From NCBI GenBank assembly GCA_023431405.1, contig JAEYVZ010000009.1:19087-83086 (forward strand): a stretch of 64,000 bases of DNA, written 5' to 3'. The notes under the pieces are model-generated. The model searched no databases and had not been told where the DNA came from. It worked only from the letters and a program-made list of their open reading frames with translations. Source of the stretch: Actinomycetes bacterium. GTDB taxonomy: Bacteria; Actinomycetota; Actinomycetes; Actinomycetales; Microbacteriaceae. Position numbers and translations under genes: made by a program. Of the stretch, positions 17,773 through 26,824 are shown piece after piece; positions within the stretch are counted from its first letter, which is position 1; every line of letters begins with the position of its first letter.

Positions 17773-19358
17773 CCCGCCACCGCCCGCGCACCGAACGGCT
17801 CCGCGGCGACGATTCCGGCTCGACGCTCATCGCGGTGCTGATCGTGATGCTCGTGCTCGGCATCGCCGGCCTCACCCTTGCCGCCGTCGTCGTCAACACG
17901 CAGTCGCTCGTCACCGACAGTCGCGCCCGTGCGGAGTCGCGGGCGACGTCCGACGCCGGGCTCGCGGCCACGGCAGCGAGCCTCAAGCGCGGCGAGATCA
18001 CCTGCCCCCTGTCGCCGGCGAAGCAGGTCGTGAACGATGTGCCCGTCTCGGCAGACCCGGGCTCGCTGAAGTACAGCTACGCCGTCTCGTGCACCGACGC
18101 CGTCGCGAAGGTGCGGGTGACCGCGAATGTGCGCGGTGCCACGAGCGCCGTGCAGGCCGACTACGCCTTCGCCACGTCGACATCCCAGGGCGGCGACATG
18201 GTGTTCTTCGGCACCAACACCATCACGTTCAACTCCAACGTCGAGGTGACCGATCCGGGGCGCAAGGTGAACATCGTGATCCCCCAGGCGACGTCGTTCA
18301 GCTGCAATGCGAAGATCCCCGGCACACTCACCGTCAAGGGCAACCTGAGCACGTCGTCGGGCTGCAACGTCGCCGGCGATGTGGCAGCGGGCGGCACGCT
18401 CAACATGTGCTGCGGCAGTGACACGTTCGGCGGCGACCTCACCCTGCGGGGTACGGGATCGAGCATCATCCGCGGCACGATCAACGGCAGCATCCGCGCC
18501 AACGGCAAGCTCGAGTTCGGATGGGAGAACAAGACCATCGGCGGCTCGGTGACGACCACGGGCGACGTGCAGCTGGGGAGCGTTCGCATCCAGGGCTCCC
18601 TCACTTTCCCCTCGGGTCGCACCTACACTCCGAACTCCGGAACCGTGGTGGGCGGAGTCATCCGCCCCGCGACCGTCGCCTCGGTGCCGCCGCTGACCCT
18701 TCCCACCTGGTTCGAGTACAAGTACAGCAACGCCGACTGGCCCGGGTACAACGTCGTGACCCTCGCCGGCTCCGGCAGCGGCGCGGGAACCTGCAGCTAC
18801 TTCAACGCCTACCCCGGGACGGGCTGGACCACCTGGCTCGGGAGCCTTGCCACCAACACGGTCGTCGACGCGCGTGCGTGCAGCAACCTGTCTTCGGAGA
18901 ACGGATCGATCCCCGTCGTGCAGCTGCGCTCGAACGTGGTGCTGCTCGCGAACGCGTTCGACCTCGGCTCGGTGACCTTCCGTGCGGCGGCCGCCGCCAG
19001 CGGCAAGCCGTCGCTGTACATCGTCACCGAAGATCGCACGCCTTCCGACGTCAACCCGACGTGCGGCACGGGGCAGGGCCAGATCAAGATCAACGGCACC
19101 GTCATCGACTCCTCCGTGCGGGCCATCGGCTACACGCCGTGCACGGTCGACGTCGGAAGCAAGGGCATCGACCAGTGGACGGGCACGCTGTACGGCGGAT
19201 CGTGGACCCCGGGCGGCAAGTTCACCTTCACCGCCGACCCGATCGGCCTGCCCGGCATGGGCGCAGAGCACGGCGTGAGCGTCGAGACGAAGTCGGTCGG
19301 TGCACTTCTCCGGCAGCGTGACGTGACTTATGGGACGTTGAGCACATGGGTACCCTGA
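17760..19358 (+). CDS. Large PilX-like pilus protein with a beta-helix-type repeat region
   Basis: It has a PilX_N-like N-terminus (GSTLIAVLIVMLVLGIAGLTLAAV). The central region shows G-x-hydrophobic periodic repeats (GTLTVKGNL ... GDVAAGGTL ... GGDLTLRGTG ... GTINGSIRANG ... GGSVTTTGDVQLGSVRIQGSLTF). Confidence 0.65.
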   Translation: MLDLTRHRPRTERLRGDDSGSTLIAVLIVMLVLGIAGLTLAAVVVNTQSLVTDSRARAESRATSDAGLAATAASLKRGEITCPLSPAKQVVNDVPVSADPGSLKYSYAVSCTDAVAKVRVTANVRGATSAVQADYAFATSTSQGGDMVFFGTNTITFNSNVEVTDPGRKVNIVIPQATSFSCNAKIPGTLTVKGNLSTSSGCNVAGDVAAGGTLNMCCGSDTFGGDLTLRGTGSSIIRGTINGSIRANGKLEFGWENKTIGGSVTTTGDVQLGSVRIQGSLTFPSGRTYTPNSGTVVGGVIRPATVASVPPLTLPTWFEYKYSNADWPGYNVVTLAGSGSGAGTCSYFNAYPGTGWTTWLGSLATNTVVDARACSNLSSENGSIPVVQLRSNVVLLANAFDLGSVTFRAAAAASGKPSLYIVTEDRTPSDVNPTCGTGQGQIKINGTVIDSSVRAIGYTPCTVDVGSKGIDQWTGTLYGGSWTPGGKFTFTADPIGLPGMGAEHGVSVETKSVGALLRQRDVTYGTLSTWVP

Positions 19359-20188
19359 CACCGGCCGCCATCGTCCTCCTCGTCGCCTTCGCGGGTCTGT
19401 TCGGACTCGTGATCGGCTCGTTCCTCAACGTCGTCGTCTACCGTGTTCCGGCGGGCGTCCCCCTCACCCGGGAGAGCCGGTGCCCCTCGTGTGAGGCGCC
19501 GGTGCGGCCCTGGCAGAACGTGCCGGTGGTGTCGTGGCTGCTGCTGGGCGCCAAGTGCGCGGGATGCCGCGCCCCCATCTCCGCCCGCTATCCGCTCGTC
19601 GAGCTCGCCACCGGGGCCGCCTTCGCGGTCGTGGCGTGGGTCGCTCTCGACCCGGCGCGCTCCTCCGCCTCCGACCAGGGGTGGGCGAGCGCCGTCGTCG
19701 TGGCGGCCTTCCTATACCTGGCAGCGATCAGCATCGCGCTCACACTCATCGACCTCGACGTCCGGCGGCTCCCGAACGCGATCGTCGTCCCCGCTTACGC
19801 CGTGCTGGGTGTGCTGTTCACCGTCGCCTGCCTTCTCGGAGCGCCGTGGGAGGCGCTGGTGCGCGCGGCCCTGGCCGCCGCGGCCCTCTTCGCGTTCTAC
19901 CTGCTCCTGCGCACCGTGCGCCCCGGGGGCATGGGCGGCGGAGACGTGAAGCTCGCCGGTGTCGTGGGCGCGGCCCTCGGCTGGATCGGGTGGGGCGCCC
20001 TGGTGGTAGGAGCGTTCGCGGCCTTCGTGCTGGGCGGCATCGTCGCCGTCGCGCTGATGCTCTCGGGGAAGGCCGGTCGCCGCAGCGCGATCCCTTTCGG
20101 GCCGTGGATCATCGCGGGGGCATGGGTCGGGATCTTCGCCGGTGAGCACATCGCCGGCTGGTACGTAGGGATGCTGGTCGCCGGCTGA
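19346..20188 (+). CDS. pilD: Prepilin peptidase / N-methyltransferase (A24 family)
   Basis: It carries GSFLNVVVYR, the Cys box CPSC ... CAGC, and GGGDVKL. Confidence 0.9.
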   Translation: MGTLTPAAIVLLVAFAGLFGLVIGSFLNVVVYRVPAGVPLTRESRCPSCEAPVRPWQNVPVVSWLLLGAKCAGCRAPISARYPLVELATGAAFAVVAWVALDPARSSASDQGWASAVVVAAFLYLAAISIALTLIDLDVRRLPNAIVVPAYAVLGVLFTVACLLGAPWEALVRAALAAAALFAFYLLLRTVRPGGMGGGDVKLAGVVGAALGWIGWGALVVGAFAAFVLGGIVAVALMLSGKAGRRSAIPFGPWIIAGAWVGIFAGEHIAGWYVGMLVAG

Positions 20189-20214
20189 GCCGGTGACCGA
20201 GAGAGGAGACGGCG

Positions 20215-21282
20215 GTGGCGAAGACGATCGTCGGGCTGGAGATCACCGAAGAGGGGGTGCGTGCTGCGGAAGTGACCGCGGGACGCTCGCCGCGCGTGGT
20301 CGCGTTCGGATCCGTGCCGCTTCCCCCGGGGGCGGCGAAGGACTCGGAGGTGTTCGACACGGATGCGGTCGTGATCGCGCTGCGGCAGCTGTGGTCGCGC
20401 GCGGGCATCAAGGGCCGGAACGTCGTGCTCGGCATCGGCAGCCGCCGCATCCTGGTGCGCGATTACACGACGCAGGCACTGCGTCCCGATCTGCTGGCCC
20501 AGGCGCTTCCGTTCCAGGTGCAGGACCTGCTGCCGGTGCCGGCGGAGCAGGCGGTGCTCGACTTCTACCCGACGGCCCAGGAGGGCGACCAGGTCTCCGG
20601 CCTGCTGGTGGCGGCCGTTGCCGAGACGGTGGACGAGCTCGTGACGGCGGTCGCGAAGGCGAAGCTGACGGTGGAGGTGGTAGACCTCGCCCCGTTCGCG
20701 CTCGTGCGTGCGGTGGGGCCTGCGCTGGCCGCCGGTGAGACGGTCGCTGCGCTGCATCTGGGCGATCACACGACGTATGTCGTGGTCGTGCGCGACGGCG
20801 TGCCGCAGTTCGTCCGGATCATCCCGATGGAGATCGCGACGGAGGCGGTACGGCTGCGAGCCGCGACCGCGGAGCCCGCCGAGTCGGGCGAGACCGCAGA
20901 GGCACCGCTTCCTGTCGCGGAGGAAGTGCTGGAGACCGTTCCGCCGGGGGAGCAGCCGATGCGGCGCCGGTCGGCGGCGCGCGGGGTGGCCCGCACCGTG
21001 ACGATGAGCGACGCCGATGTCGTCAACGTGGTGGCTCGCCTGGGGAGCACGCTGCGGTTCTACGCCGATCGCACCCCCGACACACCGATCACGCGGGTGC
21101 TGGTCAGCGGCGCGGGCGCGGCAGTCAGCGGGGTGGTCGACGCTCTGGCGGCGAGCCTGCCGATGCCGGTGCAGGTGGTCGGCGTGTCGAGCCTCGTCGA
21201 GGCCAAGACGACCGTTCCGCCCGGTGATGTCGACCTCAACCTCGTCACGACCGTCGGTCTCGCCCTGGGAGGTGCACGCTGA
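20215..21282 (+). CDS. pilM: Type IV pilus assembly protein PilM (actin-like ATPase fold)
   Basis: The N-terminus IVGLEITEEGVRAAEV is followed by LDFYP and VVDLAPFAL. The gene sits directly before pilN. Confidence 0.85.
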   Translation: MAKTIVGLEITEEGVRAAEVTAGRSPRVVAFGSVPLPPGAAKDSEVFDTDAVVIALRQLWSRAGIKGRNVVLGIGSRRILVRDYTTQALRPDLLAQALPFQVQDLLPVPAEQAVLDFYPTAQEGDQVSGLLVAAVAETVDELVTAVAKAKLTVEVVDLAPFALVRAVGPALAAGETVAALHLGDHTTYVVVVRDGVPQFVRIIPMEIATEAVRLRAATAEPAESGETAEAPLPVAEEVLETVPPGEQPMRRRSAARGVARTVTMSDADVVNVVARLGSTLRFYADRTPDTPITRVLVSGAGAAVSGVVDALAASLPMPVQVVGVSSLVEAKTTVPPGDVDLNLVTTVGLALGGAR

Positions 21283-21929
21283 TGGCCCGCTCATCGACGC
21301 CCGTCTTCGTACTGGGCGCCGCGCCCCGCGTCAATCTCATGCCACGCGTGGCCATCGAACGGCGCGAGCGCGCCGCCTTGCTGCGACGGTGGGGGTGGGC
21401 GCTGGCCCTGGCCCTGCTGGTGGTGGGACTCCTCAGCGGGGGAGCCTTCGCCCTGCAGGCGATGTCGGCGCAGCGGCTGGCGGCGGAGGAGGCGCGCACC
21501 GCCGACCTGATCAACCGAACGGCCGAGCTTGCGCCGGTGCAGCAGAAGCTGGATCTGCAGAGCGAGCTTGCGCTCTTCCGTCAGGAGGCGATGGGAACCG
21601 ATCTTTCCTGGTCGGACTTCCTCGCCTCCATACAGGCCGTCGTCCCGGATGGGCTCGGGTTCACCGGATTCAGCATCGCTCCGGCGGGCATCCCCGATGA
21701 CACCGTCGCGCCCGCGGAGGCTCCAGGGCTCCAGGGGCAGCTGGTTCTGGCAGGGACGTCGGGCAGCGAGTTCGCGTCGCTCATCCGCGCGGTCCGGGAC
21801 ATCCCGGGGGTGATGGATGCCGATGGTTGGGTGCAGGAATACGTCGACGGGCATTACGAGTACACCGTGCGTCTCGTGGTGGATCAGTCGGTGTACACCG
21901 GTGATTACGCGGCGGAGGTCGCACAGTGA
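21282..21929 (+). CDS. pilN: PilN-like pilus assembly protein
   Basis: It has a VNLMP motif (compare INLLP), a single TM segment and a coiled region. It is translationally coupled on both sides. Confidence 0.7.
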   Translation: MARSSTPVFVLGAAPRVNLMPRVAIERRERAALLRRWGWALALALLVVGLLSGGAFALQAMSAQRLAAEEARTADLINRTAELAPVQQKLDLQSELALFRQEAMGTDLSWSDFLASIQAVVPDGLGFTGFSIAPAGIPDDTVAPAEAPGLQGQLVLAGTSGSEFASLIRAVRDIPGVMDADGWVQEYVDGHYEYTVRLVVDQSVYTGDYAAEVAQ

Positions 21930-22708
21930 ACGCGAACAAGCAGCTCATCAATCTCGCCGGAATCCTCGTCGTGGTGGTCCTTATCGTGGCGGGGATCGCC
22001 CTCGTGGCGCTCCCGATGTACACGCAGTCGCAGACGATCGACGGCCAGGCCCGAACGGCGGCGCAGACGAACATGCTCTACGAACAGCAGATCGCCCAAC
22101 TCGCCGCCGCGGAGTCGCGCATCGACCAGATCGACGGCGAGCTCGCGGAGCTGCGGCGCGAGATCGCCTCGTCGCCCCAACTCGACGACCTGCACGTTCT
22201 CATCGACGCGGCCGCGAGATCGGCGGACGTCCGCGTGACCTCGGTCAACGCCAGCGACGGTGAGGCCTGGAGCGCGCGCGGTCGCGGATCCGACGACGGT
22301 GCGGCGACCACGGGCGCGGAGGAGCCCGCCCAGGCGGATGCTGCTGCCCCCTCGGAAGAGGGCGCGGCGTCCGACGCGGCGGAGGCCCCTGCGCCCTCCG
22401 CCGACGGGAACTCCACCCCCCAGCGTCAGGTGCTCACCACGATCGTGATCGAGGTCGGCGCCGGGTATGACGCGGGGTCCGGAGAGAGCGAGGGAGACGG
22501 GGAGACCGACGAGGGAGCAGGGGGCGAGGGAGACAGCGGTGACACGCTCCTCGCCGACGACGTCCTCGCCGAGCTCGCCGCCAAGGGCGTCGCGTTCGTG
22601 GACGCCCTCCGCAAGGGTCCGCGCCTCGTGACCCCGATCGACCTGAAGTACGAAGACGGCGAACTGACCGTCACGGTGCTCACCTATTACCGCACGCCCG
22701 CCGTCTGA
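21926..22708 (+). CDS. pilO: PilO-like pilus assembly protein with a long acidic low-complexity insert
   Basis: It has an N-terminal TM segment and a coiled coil (QQIAQLAAAESRIDQIDGELAELRREI). The call also rests on its position between pilN and pilT. Confidence 0.6.
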   Translation: MNANKQLINLAGILVVVVLIVAGIALVALPMYTQSQTIDGQARTAAQTNMLYEQQIAQLAAAESRIDQIDGELAELRREIASSPQLDDLHVLIDAAARSADVRVTSVNASDGEAWSARGRGSDDGAATTGAEEPAQADAAAPSEEGAASDAAEAPAPSADGNSTPQRQVLTTIVIEVGAGYDAGSGESEGDGETDEGAGGEGDSGDTLLADDVLAELAAKGVAFVDALRKGPRLVTPIDLKYEDGELTVTVLTYYRTPAV

Positions 22709-22722
22709 GCCGGAGAACAGCC

Positions 22723-23865
22723 ATGCACGATGTCTCACCCCTTCAGGGACTCCTCGCCGTCGCGGCGCGCTCGCGCGCCTCCGACGTGCACCTCACCGCG
22801 AACCACCCGCCGCAGATGCGCGTGGACGGCGACCTCGAGCTCATCCCGGGCTACGAGGAGCCGACCTCGACGAACTGGCTCGAATCGGCCATCGGCGGCA
22901 TCCTGTCGAACGATCAGGTCGCCGAGTTCCGCCAGTCCGGAGAGGTCGACCTCTCGATCACCGTGCCGGAGGTCGCCCGGTTCCGCGTGAACGTGTTCCG
23001 TCAGCTGGGGCAGGTCGCCGTCGCACTGCGTTTCATCGCCGACCGCATCAAGAGCTTCGATGAGCTGGGGGTGCCGCGGGTCGCTGCCGAGCTCGTCATG
23101 AAGCCGCGAGGGCTCGTGCTGGTGACAGGGCCCACAGGTTCGGGCAAGTCGACCACGCTCGCCTCGATGATCGACGTCGTGAACCGCTCCAAGCCCGCCC
23201 ACATCGTCACGGTCGAAGACCCGGTGGAGTTCCAGCACACGAGCAAGCGCTCGCTGATCCACCAGCGGGAGATCGGCAGCGACACGGCATCGTTCTCCGA
23301 GGCTCTGCGCCGCGTGCTCCGCCAAGACCCCGACATCATCCTCATCGGCGAGCTCCGCGACCCCGAGTCGATCTCCACGGCGCTCACAGCCGCCGAGACC
23401 GGCCACCTCGTGCTGTCGACGCTGCACACGCAGAGCGCCGCGAAGTCGATCAACCGCATCGTCGACGCGTTCCCGTCCGATCAGCAGAATCAGGTGCGCA
23501 CGCAGCTGGGCGACACGCTGCGGGGCATCATCACGCAGACCCTCCTTCCGCGGGCGCAGTCCGAGGGGCGCGTCATCGCGACCGAGGTGCTCGTCAACAC
23601 CCCGGCGATCGCCAACCTCATCCGAGAGGGTGAGATCAGCCAGATCTACTCCATGCTGCAGGCGGGCGGGTCGATCGGAATGCACACCCTCGACCAGGAT
23701 CTTCAGCGCCTCGTCGCCGACGGCTCGATCTCGCTGTCGCTGGCCAAGGAGATCGCCGAAGATCCCCGAGCGTTCGACGACACCCGCGTGCGCCCCGTCG
23801 ACTACGACGCCGAGGCGTGGACGATGCACTCGTCCGAGCGGGCCTCGCTCGGCTGGAGCAGCTGA
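22723..23865 (+). CDS. pilT: Twitching-motility (retraction) ATPase PilT
   Basis: It carries ASDVHL, Walker A GPTGSGKST, AHIVTVEDPVEF, and the GHLVLSTLHT His box. At about 380 aa it lacks the N-terminal T2SSE_N domain. Confidence 0.9.
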   Translation: MHDVSPLQGLLAVAARSRASDVHLTANHPPQMRVDGDLELIPGYEEPTSTNWLESAIGGILSNDQVAEFRQSGEVDLSITVPEVARFRVNVFRQLGQVAVALRFIADRIKSFDELGVPRVAAELVMKPRGLVLVTGPTGSGKSTTLASMIDVVNRSKPAHIVTVEDPVEFQHTSKRSLIHQREIGSDTASFSEALRRVLRQDPDIILIGELRDPESISTALTAAETGHLVLSTLHTQSAAKSINRIVDAFPSDQQNQVRTQLGDTLRGIITQTLLPRAQSEGRVIATEVLVNTPAIANLIREGEISQIYSMLQAGGSIGMHTLDQDLQRLVADGSISLSLAKEIAEDPRAFDDTRVRPVDYDAEAWTMHSSERASLGWSS

Positions 23866-25103
23866 TGTCCCTCGTCGAGGAGTACACCTACCGGGCCGTG
23901 GATGCCACGGGCGGCGGAGTCGTGAAGGGCACGATCGAGGCCTCCAGCGAGCACGCTGTCGCCTCGAAGCTCCGCGCTCAGGGGCTGACGCCGCTCGAGG
24001 TCGCGCTCACGTCCAAGACGGGCCTGCACCGGGAGATCACGATCCCGGGTTTCGCCAAGCGGGTGAAGGTGGGGACCCTCGCCGTGTTCGCCAAGCAGAT
24101 GGCGAGCCTCATCAACGCGGGTCTGCCGCTCATGCGGACCCTCGCGATCCTCACCGAACAGGCCGAGGACAAGAAGCTGCGCGACGCGCTCGTGAAGGTG
24201 CATGCGTCCGTCGAATCGGGGAGCGCCTTCTCGGCCGCCCTCGCTCAGCATCCCGATGTGTTCCCGCCGCTCATGGTCAGCATGGTGCGGGTCGGTGAAG
24301 CCGGCGGTTTCCTGGGCCAATCACTCACGACCGTGGCCGAGACGTACAAGAACGAGGCGGAGCTGCAGGACAAGATCAAGTCGGCGACGACCTACCCGTT
24401 GATCGTACTGAGCATCGCGATCATCGGTGTCATCGCGATGGTCACCTTCGTCGTCCCGGTCTTTGAGGGGATGTTCTCGGGGCTCGGTTCCGAGCTGCCC
24501 GTGCCGACGCAGATCCTCGTGGTCATCTCCAAGAACATGTTCTGGGTGCTGCCGCAGCTGATCGCCGGCGGCATCGCCTTCTGGCTGTGGTGGGTGCGCA
24601 GTCGCGACTCCGTGGCGGTGCGCCGCGTGGTCGATCCGATCAAGCTCAAGGTTCCGGTGTTCGGACCGCTTGCGACGAAGATCGCCGTCGCACGATTCAC
24701 ACGGGGCCTCGCGATGATGCTCAAGGCCGGTGTTCCGCTGGTGCAGGCGCTGTCGATCGTGGGGGCGGCATCCAACAACTACAAGGTCGAAGAGGCCGTG
24801 CGCGCGGTGCAGGAGTCGGTGAAGCAGGGCAAGTCGTTCTCGGCTCCCCTCGCGAAGGCGCAGATCTTCCCGCCGATGGTCGCGCAGATGGCCGCCGTCG
24901 GCGAGGAGTCGGGCACGCTCCCCGACATGCTGGCGAGCATCGCCGACTTCTACGAAGGCGAAGTGAAGACGGCCGCCGAGCAGCTCACCGCCTCGATCGA
25001 GCCGATCCTCATCGTCGGTATCGGCATCATCATCGGCGGCATGGTCGTCTCCCTGTATCTGCCGATCTTCTCGATCTATGGCGAGATCGGAGACGCGGGC
25101 TGA
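23865..25103 (+). CDS. pilC: Type IV pilus platform protein PilC (T2SS F family)
   Basis: It has duplicated T2SSF domains with the motifs F..QMA.L...G.PL, GE..G.L and ...L...A.FYE.E. Confidence 0.9.
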   Translation: MSLVEEYTYRAVDATGGGVVKGTIEASSEHAVASKLRAQGLTPLEVALTSKTGLHREITIPGFAKRVKVGTLAVFAKQMASLINAGLPLMRTLAILTEQAEDKKLRDALVKVHASVESGSAFSAALAQHPDVFPPLMVSMVRVGEAGGFLGQSLTTVAETYKNEAELQDKIKSATTYPLIVLSIAIIGVIAMVTFVVPVFEGMFSGLGSELPVPTQILVVISKNMFWVLPQLIAGGIAFWLWWVRSRDSVAVRRVVDPIKLKVPVFGPLATKIAVARFTRGLAMMLKAGVPLVQALSIVGAASNNYKVEEAVRAVQESVKQGKSFSAPLAKAQIFPPMVAQMAAVGEESGTLPDMLASIADFYEGEVKTAAEQLTASIEPILIVGIGIIIGGMVVSLYLPIFSIYGEIGDAG

Positions 25104-25215
25104 GCCCGGACGACAGCCCACCAGAACGGCGGGGCGTGCGCACCAGGGGAGGGAGCGCGCGCCCCGCTTCCTCTTGCGCGCGTCGGCCTCCCGTGCCCCT
25201 TCCCGAATCAAGCAC

Positions 25216-25228
25216 ATTGTGTAACAAT
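25216..25228. promoter_or_regulatory. GntR-type operator candidate ATTGT-gta-ACAAT
   Basis: It is an inverted repeat with a GT-N-AC core, 6 nt upstream of the EamA start codon. Confidence 0.4.
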
Positions 25229-25233
25229 CAACC

Positions 25234-26163
25234 GTGCGCGCAAGAGTGATGATCCTCATCGCCAGCGCGCTGTTCGGGAGCCTCGCCGCGGCGGTGCAGC
25301 TGTCGGGTGTCGAGGCCTCACCGGTCTCGGTGGGACTGGCCCGCATCCTCGTCGGGGGCGGGCTCCTCGGGCTCGCCGCCGTCTGGGCGGCCACGACAGC
25401 GCGTGCGTCATCGCCACACAACGCCGGCCCCCCTGCGGCACGTCGGCGCATGCCGACGTGGGTGGTCGTGGCCGTGGGTGCAGCGGGGGTGCTCGGCTAC
25501 CAGCCTCTGTACTTCGTCGGCACCGGCGTGAACGGCGTCGCCGTCGGCACGGTCGTCTCGCTCGGTTCGGCACCTGTCCTCGCCGGCGTCGCGGAGGCCG
25601 TCGTCCGCCGACGCCCGCCGGGCACCCGCTGGGCGATCGCCACAGCACTGTGCATCGTCGGGGTCGCGATGACCTCGGGCGTCATGGAGTCGGCAGGAGG
25701 CTCCGCGGGAGGCGGGGGAGCCGGCATCCTCTGGTCGGTCGCCGCAGGCGCCTGCTACGCCACGTATGCCCTCGCGGCGAAAGAGCTCATGGAACGCGGA
25801 TGGACCTCGAGCCGGGCGATGGGCGCCCTTTTCGGGACGGCCGCGGCCGCGAGCGTGCCCCTCCTGCTGGTCGTCGGCGCCGGCGAGATCCTCAGCCTCC
25901 GCGGACTCCTGCTCCTCGTGTGGCTCGGGGTCTTCGGCACCGCCATCGGCTACCTGCTCTTCGGGGCCGGGCTCGCCGCGCTTCCGGCGGCGACCGTCAC
26001 CACGCTCACCCTCGCCGAACCGCTCTGCGCGACACTCCTCGGCATCGGTCTGCTCCATGAGACACTCGGACCCGCCGCCGGTGTCGGGCTCGCGGTCCTT
26101 GCCGCAGGCCTCACCGTCATCACGATCCCGGGGAAGGAGCGCCATGTCACCGCGACGGCGTGA
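25234..26163 (+). CDS. EamA/DMT-family transporter
   Basis: It is a 10-TM-like hydrophobic protein with duplicated EamA-type halves. Confidence 0.8.
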   Translation: MRARVMILIASALFGSLAAAVQLSGVEASPVSVGLARILVGGGLLGLAAVWAATTARASSPHNAGPPAARRRMPTWVVVAVGAAGVLGYQPLYFVGTGVNGVAVGTVVSLGSAPVLAGVAEAVVRRRPPGTRWAIATALCIVGVAMTSGVMESAGGSAGGGGAGILWSVAAGACYATYALAAKELMERGWTSSRAMGALFGTAAAASVPLLLVVGAGEILSLRGLLLLVWLGVFGTAIGYLLFGAGLAALPAATVTTLTLAEPLCATLLGIGLLHETLGPAAGVGLAVLAAGLTVITIPGKERHVTATA

Positions 26164-26809
26164 CGGATCGCCCCGGCCCACCGCGTCTGCGGCGCTCACC
26201 GCCGACCTCCGCGACCGCATCCTCCGTGGCGCGCTCACCCCCGGGGAGCCTCTCCGTGAAGAGGCGCTGGCCGCGTCGTCCGGTCATTCGCGCCACACGG
26301 TGCGCACGGCACTTGCCGCCCTCGTCGCCGAGAGGCTCGCCGTGCAGGTCCCGTACGGCGGTATTCGCGTGCGCAGCCTCACCTCGGAAGACCTGACCGC
26401 GCTGCAGCAGCTTCGCTGCGCACTCGAATCGGAGGCGGTCCGGCTCCTGCGGGCGCGCCACGGCGCGCGGTGGCCGGCGGAGGTCACCGAGCCGATCGCT
26501 CACGCTGTCGACGAGCTCGAGTCCGCGGCGGCCGACGGCCCGGATGACTGGCCGTCGCTCGCGCGATCGCATGCGGTCGTTCACCGGCGGCTGGTCGAGG
26601 CGTGCCGGAGCCCGCGCATCGTGGAGGCCTACGCACTCTTGGATTCGGAGATGCTGCTGCACCTCGTCAACATGCGCCCCAGCTATTCGGCGGACGACCT
26701 CGTGGCCGAACATCGGGCGTACCTCGACGCGGTGCGCGAGACGGGCGAGGATGCCGTGCGCCGCCACATCGACGGAGGCACGCTCAACGCGGGTCTCGGG
26801 GAGCGCTGA
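26144..26809 (+). CDS. GntR-family regulator (FadR subfamily, FCD C-terminal domain)
   Basis: It carries L..G..L.E..LA...G.SR.TVR.AL..L and an FCD-like C-terminus. It overlaps the EamA gene by 20 nt. Confidence 0.85.
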   Translation: MSPRRRDGSPRPTASAALTADLRDRILRGALTPGEPLREEALAASSGHSRHTVRTALAALVAERLAVQVPYGGIRVRSLTSEDLTALQQLRCALESEAVRLLRARHGARWPAEVTEPIAHAVDELESAAADGPDDWPSLARSHAVVHRRLVEACRSPRIVEAYALLDSEMLLHLVNMRPSYSADDLVAEHRAYLDAVRETGEDAVRRHIDGGTLNAGLGER

Positions 26810-26824
26810 GCGAGGGGGACGCGA

